Origin: Faecousia sp. | GTDB taxonomy: Bacteria > Bacillota > Clostridia > Oscillospirales > Oscillospiraceae | Reading direction: 5' to 3' | NCBI GenBank assembly: GCA_045595945.1 | Contig: JAZOBL010000011.1 | Coordinates: 852 to 64,851 of the forward strand | Length of the DNA stretch: 64,000 nucleotides | In this document: positions 49,516 to 58,500 of the stretch, piece after piece | Layout of the letters: each line of letters starts with the position of its first letter | Numbering within the stretch: the first letter of the stretch is position 1 | The notes under the pieces: generated by a model | What the model saw: the letters and a program-made list of their open reading frames with translations, nothing else | Told to the model about the DNA's origin: nothing | Database searches by the model: none | Program-made: the position numbers and the translations under genes

Positions 49516-50334
49516 TTATACGTCGGAAGGACTATACTGATATTTAATACTGCTAATAGTAGTTCCTTTACCATCTAAATACACAGAGATACTGCTATAA
49601 CCATTATTTAATTGTTCATGATAATAGAGTTTAATCTCATTATCGTCCCAATCATAGTCAATGGTAGTGGGGTTGCCAAGAGCACGAATTATGTCAGACA
49701 TCGTAGAGCTTTCTGTGATAGTTCCACAAATTGTATATTTGGAAACGTAACGTGCATCAAGCTCTATTGTAAAGAATTGGCAATCAGATAGGTTAGCATA
49801 TGCTTCATCACCATCAACCAAATTTTGTGTCCAAAGTATAATTTTTTCGCCAGTACCATTGGTAAAATAAACACCGGTTTGCACTTTGTTGCTAACTTGT
49901 TTGTCTGCTGCGGTTTCTGTGTTCCACTTCAGGTTCTCCATTTCAGAATACGTAACAGGCAACTTAATTTCCGAGTTATCCGCAAATTTAATAAGATAGT
50001 CAAAATTATACTGTTCTGCATAATCAGATTCCAGACTATATTCAACGGAATTACCATAACCTTCTTCCAGGCTCCAATCCTTATATTCATACTTTGATGT
50101 ATCAATCAAGGATGCGATAGTATCGTTGAAAAAATCCTTTTCTGAAGCTGTGCTAGTATTGTTTTCTTCGTTGTTTACCGTACCTTGTGTACCCGCATTA
50201 TTATCCTGAGTAACATTGGTACTCATATTATTACCCTGAGCATCATTGGCATCTGCGTTACCACCACATCCGGTCAATGCTGTAAGCATCATCACAAATG
50301 CAAGGATTCCCGCTAATAATTTAAACTTTTTCAT
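49516..50334 (-). CDS. Lipoprotein, function unknown
   Basis: Lipobox LTGC; N/T-rich linker. Confidence 0.8.
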   Translation of the reverse strand: MKKFKLLAGILAFVMMLTALTGCGGNADANDAQGNNMSTNVTQDNNAGTQGTVNNEENNTSTASEKDFFNDTIASLIDTSKYEYKDWSLEEGYGNSVEYSLESDYAEQYNFDYLIKFADNSEIKLPVTYSEMENLKWNTETAADKQVSNKVQTGVYFTNGTGEKIILWTQNLVDGDEAYANLSDCQFFTIELDARYVSKYTICGTITESSTMSDIIRALGNPTTIDYDWDDNEIKLYYHEQLNNGYSSISVYLDGKGTTISSIKYQYSPSDV

Positions 50335-50472
50335 ATAGATTACCTCTTTCTTATTTATGTGCTTCCTAAAGTTTTCACAAGCTCTACGATTTTATCTTTA
50401 TACTCTTTTGTGGCTTCGCACCGGTATGTCGAGTTATTGATACGAGCAATTATATGGAACTACCCGCAGGCA

Positions 50473-51087
50473 TTAATTTACAAACAAGGGTGCTCTCTTC
50501 GAGAAATACTTGCGGTTAAGCAGAATAATGACAATAGACGCGATCAAAGAAGTTATGCTATTAACAGAAAAAATCTGGTTTAGTCCAGTAATGGCAAACA
50601 AGGCAATGCTGTAGAAAAGGGATAAGACAATCCCTGTGCCATAGACAATATAGACACACATAGGAGCATTTGCTTTGTACTTTGCAAGTCTGGAGCGGGT
50701 ATAGATACCAAAGCCAGCAAGCACAAGCAGTACAATGCCATATATGACATCCAAAGCCTTCAATCCCATGCCGTAAATGCTGTAAACCATATCAGCAGTA
50801 ACCTGACCATTGGATTGCGAGAAATAAATACCGCCAGATATGTAATTAAAGCCGAACACAAAATTCACAAACGCTCCCAGGAATAATGCGAAGTAAATAA
50901 GAAACTTGAACCACTTCATTTTATACTGCACAACTGGTTCTGCCGGAATATAACCTATCGTCGGCTGCTGCTGACTGTATATAGGCATACTATTTGTAAT
51001 CGGTGCACCAATTTGTGCACCACAATTGGTGCAAAACTGTGCACTTTCGTTTTCTATTTGTGCACCGCAATTACTACAAAAACTCAT
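50473..51087 (-). CDS. Zinc-ribbon domain membrane protein
   Basis: FCSNCGAQ..FCTNCGAQ plus 4 TMs. Confidence 0.85.
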   Translation of the reverse strand: MSFCSNCGAQIENESAQFCTNCGAQIGAPITNSMPIYSQQQPTIGYIPAEPVVQYKMKWFKFLIYFALFLGAFVNFVFGFNYISGGIYFSQSNGQVTADMVYSIYGMGLKALDVIYGIVLLVLAGFGIYTRSRLAKYKANAPMCVYIVYGTGIVLSLFYSIALFAITGLNQIFSVNSITSLIASIVIILLNRKYFSKRAPLFVN

Positions 51088-51121
51088 AAGCTAAGACCTC
51101 CAATCTCTTTTGTAAGATACC

Positions 51122-51868
51122 TTATTTTTTCTTTCCAACCAAGAATAGCACGATACCAGATCCCAGCAAGCCTAATATAATTACTAGCCCGGGGCTAAGA
51201 AGTGTTTGATTAATCAAACCTACTGTCAGCAAGAAGGCTCCTAAAATCATCAAAATAATACCCCAAATTCGTTTTGCCTTTTTCCCAACATTGGCTGCTT
51301 CGGGGTTGAGTTGCTTATACCTGGCTTTCTGCTCAGCGCCATAGCCAAGGACAATATTCGGAGATTGCGGAATAATATAGTTCTCGAGAAGCCACTTAAA
51401 TTCATCTGCGTTGGCATTCAATGCAAACTTTTTACCATCTTTTGTATAGATGATTACCGCTTTTTCAACAGCAATACCGTATGCACGTCTTTCATATAAG
51501 TAAACCCAAGCCACTTCAGAATACGGAATAATTGCACATGGTTTTTTGCAAAAGAAAGCCCTTTGTCCGCAGTATATTTTCGAACGTGGAAGAGTAGGTC
51601 TTTCAAGTGATATATCTTCAATAAGGCTTTCCAACCCCTTCGCTATTAACCGCTTAACACTGTTTAGAAAAGGTAGAAAAGAAGTAAAATAAATTACTCC
51701 ACTAATCCACAGAGCGTTAGCCAAAAGCGTCGCAGGAATGATCACCAACTCTATTTCCTCGACAAAACCCATAGATGCATAAGCGATTATCGTAAGTATT
51801 AACAAGATAAGCAAACAAATGCGAAATACTTTGTCAGATTTATATTTCTTTTCTATAAAATCACTCAT
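51122..51868 (-). CDS. Membrane protein (DUF6709-like)
   Basis: 2+2 TMs; IIPYSEVAWVY...IYTKDGKK. Confidence 0.65.
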   Translation of the reverse strand: MSDFIEKKYKSDKVFRICLLILLILTIIAYASMGFVEEIELVIIPATLLANALWISGVIYFTSFLPFLNSVKRLIAKGLESLIEDISLERPTLPRSKIYCGQRAFFCKKPCAIIPYSEVAWVYLYERRAYGIAVEKAVIIYTKDGKKFALNANADEFKWLLENYIIPQSPNIVLGYGAEQKARYKQLNPEAANVGKKAKRIWGIILMILGAFLLTVGLINQTLLSPGLVIILGLLGSGIVLFLVGKKK

Positions 51869-52497
51869 TGTTTCTTCTTCCTCGCCTTCACAATTTGAAC
51901 GATGTTGCTTATAGTTGCGATGAAACCAAAGACATATGCAAATACGAGATCTCCTGCGACAGCCTCGCCGATCTCCGGTTCAGCAAGGAATTCCGGAGTA
52001 GCTCTAATCGCATCAAAAATTGTGATCCCTTGATCCTTGTAAACCTGAAAGATTTCAAAAGAAATACAGAAGAATTCTGCTGCGTAGATCATTACGATTG
52101 TTGCAATAATTGCAGAAATAAGTCCAACCATGGATGCTTTGTTTTTTGTCTTCGAAAACAAACCGTATCCGAAGTTTGCTAATACAAATATTACCAGACC
52201 ACAGATACCCGCAATAATACCAATTTGATAAATGATAAAATATAAAAGTCCGCCTAAAATAGAAAACAAAAACGCTCCAACAATACCAGCAAGAATATTC
52301 TCACTGCCATTTGTATCGTCAGCGGTATCTTGTACAGTCTCCACTTGATATGTAGGATTAAAAATTGGCGGATATGATTGTACTTGATCAAACTGTTGAA
52401 CAGATGCAGATTGTGCAATCAAGTCGGACGAACCGCATGATGGACAAAACTTAGCATTATCTTCAGTTTGTACCCCACAGTTGCTACACATTTTCAT
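51865..52497 (-). CDS. Zinc-ribbon domain membrane protein
   Basis: CSNCG..FCPSCG plus TMs (NILAGIVGAFLFSILGG). Confidence 0.85.
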   Translation of the reverse strand: MKMCSNCGVQTEDNAKFCPSCGSSDLIAQSASVQQFDQVQSYPPIFNPTYQVETVQDTADDTNGSENILAGIVGAFLFSILGGLLYFIIYQIGIIAGICGLVIFVLANFGYGLFSKTKNKASMVGLISAIIATIVMIYAAEFFCISFEIFQVYKDQGITIFDAIRATPEFLAEPEIGEAVAGDLVFAYVFGFIATISNIVQIVKARKKKQ

Positions 52498-52557
52498 TCG
52501 AAGCCACCTCAATTCTTTTTAAGTAGAACTATGTCCTTCTTGAGCAAATAGATTAAT

Positions 52558-52583
52558 GGGCAGCAGCAATGTAGCTGCTGCCC
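52558..52583. terminator. Hairpin after the giant surface-protein gene
   Basis: GGGCAGCAGC/GCTGCTGCCC; weak T-tail. Confidence 0.55.
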
Positions 52584-52590
52584 ACGAATT

Positions 52591-55500
52591 TTAAGCTTTT
52601 GCTGCAGTCTTGTTCTTCTTATCCTTCTTGCGTTTGATCAGGAATACGATCAAGCCGGCAACAGCCAGAACACCAACGATGGTGCCGACAAACAGAGGAG
52701 TATTTGCGTAGAAGATAACCAACTGATTCTGAGAAACTGTTACTCTCTCGAACAGCTCGTTATACTCATTTGTCAGATCCTCTGCGTTAACTGCGCAGTC
52801 GTTGCAGACGATCTTAACCTGATTATTCAGGCCTTCCGGAACGGTGAAGGTAACCTTACCATCGTTTTCTTCCAGATACTTCAACAGCTCCTCGCCGGAC
52901 ATTTCAAAACGAACACTGATATCAGCGCCGCTATCGTCCTTCAAAGGATTGCCGTTGGAATCCAGAACCAGAACTGTCAAGCTGTTCAATCTGCCACCCT
53001 CATCGGTGGGGATCAGTGTAACAGTCTGAGCATTAGTCTGGTAACGACCGCCTGCTTCCAAACCGGTGATGGTCAGGACAGGCTTGGTCTGGTCAACCAC
53101 AAACGCCAGAGAGAGGTTCTTGACGTCACTGAATGCGGTGGTGGCAGTTTTATCGGTAGAAGTAACGATGATGCTATACTCACCCTCAGCCTCGAACAGA
53201 GACTTCTTGATGGTATAGGTGCGCTTGCTCCACTCGCCATCCTTAGAGGTCTGAGTTGTGGTGTAATCGGTACCCTCGGTGAGCTCCTTGCCGTTCAGAG
53301 AAACCTTGTACTCTTCGATGGGATCAACATTGACTTCCACGATCACCACATCTTCATCAACGCTGTAGATGTAGTACTGGCCGACCAGTTCCTCAGTGAA
53401 CTTGTTGCCATAACCGAAGGCAGAGCCGTTGCGGTTGACAGAGAACTGAACCTGATCGTAGCTCTCGCCATCGTCAAGGACGATTTGAGACATACCATTG
53501 GCAGACATATCCTTAACCTCACAGGTCAAGGTATAGAAGCCATCATCTGGCAGATCCTCAATGGTGTAAGTGTAGGTCTGACCGTTGACGACGGTTTTTG
53601 CGTCGCCCAGGTCAATATCCATAGTCACATACACACCCTCTTCCTTCTGTACAACGGCCTTCAGAACAGGCTTGAGGGAAGAAGCATCCAGGTTGGTGTC
53701 ATTGACGGTGATAACAAAGCCGTACTTTTCATCCTTGTTTGCAGAGTTGGCCTTAATGTTAGAAACCTTAATAGTAGGCTTAGTTGCATCCAAAGTCAGC
53801 TCATTGGACTTATAGGAAGTCATCTGGTTGCCAGACTTATCCTTGTACTGTACGGATACGATGTAATCGCCATCCTTGGTCAGTGTAAAGGTGCCGGTAT
53901 GGGTATCCACACTATCGTCCTTCCAGGAAACATTGACCGGGAAGTTTTCACCGTCCTTAGTAACAGTAACGACTACATCCTTTGCATCGAAGTTAGCCTC
54001 ATTGATTACGATAGTGGCATTGATATTGCCATCGTAATAGGAAATGCCGTTAGCTGTCTGGACAGGTGCGTTGTAAGTAATCTTGGAGGTGGGAGTGATG
54101 TTATCCACGACGATTACTGTGCTGTCCTTCAGCTCTGTAGTGATTTCACTGCGGTCAAATGCAGTGAACTCAACAGTGCCGTTGAACTGGTTATCGGCTC
54201 CAAGAACCATCTTGGGAATGTTGAAGGTTGCAGTAGCCTTCTTGCCGTCATAGGTGATTTCTGCTTCTTTAATTGCCTGATCCAGCAGTTCAGCGTTGAC
54301 ACCGCTGACATCCTTACCCTTGATGTAGCTATAAGCAAAGTGGTAGATGCCGGAAGTGTCGTCTTCTGCAGTGATAGTCACAGTCATCATGGCATTGTAG
54401 TAGCCGAAGGTGATGGACTCCTTGATCTGCTCAAATACGCTTGTGCTGTAATCAACAGTCAGATTCTTGGGAGCAGTAACGTCAACTGTGAACAGGTCCT
54501 GCTCGTAGTCAGCAGCCACATTCTTTGCCAAATCCTGATACTCAATATCGAAGGTATAGTTAGCATCAGTGGTGTAGTTCAGAGTGATGATGAACGCATC
54601 ATCCTTCACACGCCAAGTACCAGCCTCGTAAGAAGTCCAGCTCTTGCGATCTGCGCCCTGATCTGCATAAGCCTTTACAGTGCCATCAGCATTCAAAGTC
54701 AGAACATCGGCGTTCAGAACATCCTTAGCGGTCACCTTAATGACAACATCATCAGCGCGGAAGTTGTGTTCCTTAATGGTGATGGTTGCCGTCTGTGTTG
54801 CAGAGAAGTAGTCGCGGTTCTCGATGGTGTTCTTAACATCGGTGTTGGAATACTTTACATCGATTACAGGAGCGGTCTTATCGACCACGATCCACTGAGA
54901 TAGGTAATCAACAGGGGTATTCATGGAGTGATCCTGATAATACACCTTGAGCTGATAATCACCCTCTGCAGGAATCGTCACAGTCTTCGTATGAGAATCA
55001 GCCTTGCCTGCTTCTGTAACGGTTGTCCAATCGGTCTGAGTCCAACCCTGAACAGCATCACCGTTACCGTCGAGCACTTCAATCTTAACGACGGAAGGAT
55101 CAAAGTTCGCTTCGTCGATCTTGATTGTCGCTACAGCGTCACCGGAGAAGTACATAACATAAGAGGAATCGGTGCTAGTGATGTCAGTAATGCCGTTAGC
55201 AGCGTCGAAACCAGTCATATCCTTCATGTCGGAAACATTCACAACATTAGAGGGATTGTAGGAAATGGTATGTCCGGGAGCGATGGTATCAACTACCAGC
55301 ACACCGGGATCTGCATGAGAGTCGCTGTGGTTGCTAGACTTGTCGTAAGCAACAAAGCTAATCTTGCCACGGAACTGTGCAGGAACATCAAAGGAAAGTG
55401 TCAGGTCGCCATTGTTAGCGCTGCTGCGAATCGTTCCAATGAAGCCCTTAGTGCCGGACTTGACAGAACCATCAGCGTTTACTACCAAATTCTCAGGCAT

Positions 55501-58500
55501 AACCAGGTTGGTAGCAGAAGCAGGGCCCTCGGGGGTAACAGTCAATTCAATGTAATCAATACCCGCGGTAGCATCAGTCATTGTAAGAACAACTTCCTGT
55601 GCAGCCTTATAGTTGCCGAAGGTAATTGCATTCAGAATCTTGTTCAGAACCTGTGCATCCTTAGACTTGTACTCAACTTTCAAGCCGGTGGGGATCTTGG
55701 TATCAACAGTGAACTCTGCGTTGTAAACTTCTTCAACATTGTCCTTGTTTACCATCTTATGGTTAGCAAGATCGTCATAGGAGAAGCTTACAGTGTAATT
55801 TGCATCGGGTGCAAAAGGAACTGTTGCTGTCCAAGTAATACCGTCAGTGCCCTTGGTCCAATCACTCCAGGACTTCAGATCGGAATAGGTGTAGGTAACA
55901 GCATTGCCGGCAATATCAGTTGCGGTAACATTGAATACAACCTCATTAGGACGGAAGTTCCGGTCAGTAACCTTGATGGTAGCCTCCCGGTTGGCCTTGA
56001 AGTAAGCTCTGCCATTTAAGGTCTGGATAACTTCATTGTTGTCGTAAGTTACCTCATAGACAGGAGCCTTGGTGTCAATACTGTGGATATTGGACTCGTA
56101 GTTATATACGCCACTCTGCGCATACTCATTGGAACCCTCATTGGACCCCCATTCCATATCATTCAGGGAATGATCCTTGTAAGAAGCCTTGATACGATAA
56201 TCGCCGTCATCCTGCAGCACAATTGTTCTGACATAATAGCCAGCGGCATCAGGCTCATTACTCCATCCGGAGTCAGTGAAACCGGTGGTTACCGTCTGTC
56301 CATCACGAATCACTGTGATGGGCATATCGATTTCCTTGAAGAAGTTCGCTTCTTTGATCTTGATGGTTGCGGTTACATTGCCATTGTAGATGAAACGAGT
56401 GGTTGCATCGGGAGTAGACATTGTTTCTCGGGTGATAGTGTTTCCAATGTCTGCCTTTACAGAGTCCTGACGGTCACCAGTGAACTCAATAACTACATCG
56501 GGAGCAATGTCGTCAACTACGATCTCTTTTTCCTCAAAAGTCTCCTTGTTCCACATTGCTTTGTCGTAAGCATCTGCATAGATAGTTCCGCGGAATTGTA
56601 CAGGAACATCAAAACTTAGGGTCAAATTGTCAGAATTGCCAACGACATCAATATTGCCGATGAAGCCCTTCTCTCCAGTTCTAACAGTGCCATCTGCGTA
56701 AATCTCCAGATTAATAGGCATCGTCAAAGTAGTCGCATCAGAGGGTCCTGCAGGATAAAGCGAAAGCTTAATAAAGTCTACGCCACTGGTAACATCGCTA
56801 GTCTGTATGGAAACACGAACGGTTTCCTTGGAGAACCCAAACAGTTTGCCCAGGATTATCTCGTCCTTAACGGTTTTGTAGGTAATGACAGGAGCAGTAG
56901 GTGCAACCTTATCCAGCGTAAACTCTGTCGCATATTCATCCGCAACCCAATCCAATACATCTGTGAAATTAACCGTTACAGTGTAATTGCCATCCTTTGC
57001 AATGTCGAGGGTTAGCTGATGCTTGTCAGTTCCTGCAACAGGAATCCACTTGTCAGGATTCTTAGCGAGATCTGCAAACGCCTGAATTTCAGCTGCACTC
57101 AGAACAGCAGCACCCTTGCTATCTACAGCACTAATTGCCAGGTTGACCTTATCTGCATCGAAGTTGTGCTCGGTAATTGTCAGAACAAAGTTCTGATTCT
57201 CGGTATAGTATTTTCCGTTCTCAATGGTAGATTCAATTACAGGCTTTTTCCGGTCAATACGAACCTCGGATTCATAGGTAACTTTTCTATTGCTGCTATC
57301 GGGGTTATTTTCGTCATACAGGCGGTCTGCGAACTCAGCCTTAATAATATAGTCGCCTTCCTCTACCAAATCGAAAGTCAATTTGCCAGATGTAGCGTCA
57401 AAAATCCACGTTGCCTCGGCATCGCCATTCATCAAAACAACAGGTGTTGCCTCATTGTTACGAATTACAACAACTGTTGGATCAACTTCACGCAAATCAA
57501 AGTTCTCATCGGTGATTTCAAAAACAACCTTAACACCGTCTTTGCTCTTGACATAACGGATGCCATTAGTAGCTTCGTCGTCCATGCCACCAGAATACAA
57601 AACTGTTAAACCAGGCTCAGTATGATCGACAATCAAAACAGCATCTTTATCGTCTTTCAGATGCTTATAAACCTCAGCATTGCCAGCTACATCGGTAGCT
57701 CTCATCCAAAGTTGACGGCGGTACTGCGAAGGAACGGAGAACTCATAGTTGCCATTAGATGCAGCAATCTCTGTGTAGGTATTGCCTTCGTCTAAGCTGT
57801 ATTCCATCTTGCCAATACCGGACAGCGAATCAGCAGCAGTAACAGTGACCTTTACTGTAGATGCATTAAAACCAAACAACTTTTCTCCAATGGTTGCCCA
57901 AACACTGACATCGTAGGAGATTGCAAGTCCATTAGGCTTCACAGTGTCTCTCTTCAGGTCAGATACAGGAATGGCATCGGTGATAGCACCGGTTTTGGAA
58001 TTCTTCAGGTACACAACAGGCTCAGAGCCAGCTGCCCAAGTACCAGTTTCTCCATCAATCTTCCACTCTACATAATTTTCCCATTCGTTATCAGTCAAAT
58101 CATTGCTATAGCTGATCTGATAATCATTGGGGGCATAGATTTTTACATCACCAGTAAACCATGAACTACCACTGATAATCTTATCGCCATACAGAGCATA
58201 AGGAGTCGAAGGGGTTGATTCGTAGTCAAGCGTAATGGTATAGGACTTTGAACAAGCCTTATAGCAATCATCCTCAACCATAGTGACAGTAACAGTCACT
58301 GTACCAGCCTTGCCGGTGGAGTTTGCAAAGCTTACCAAACCGGAGCTATTCACCGTAGCACCAATCGTATTATTGGAAACAGCATAGGTGATCACACCGC
58401 TGTTCAGTGCAGAGGGTGTAATCTTTGTTTCAAAGGAAGTCAGGCCATACTTTTCTTCGATTGCTTTGTCGTGAACGAAGGTGAAGTCTTGCTCATCCTT

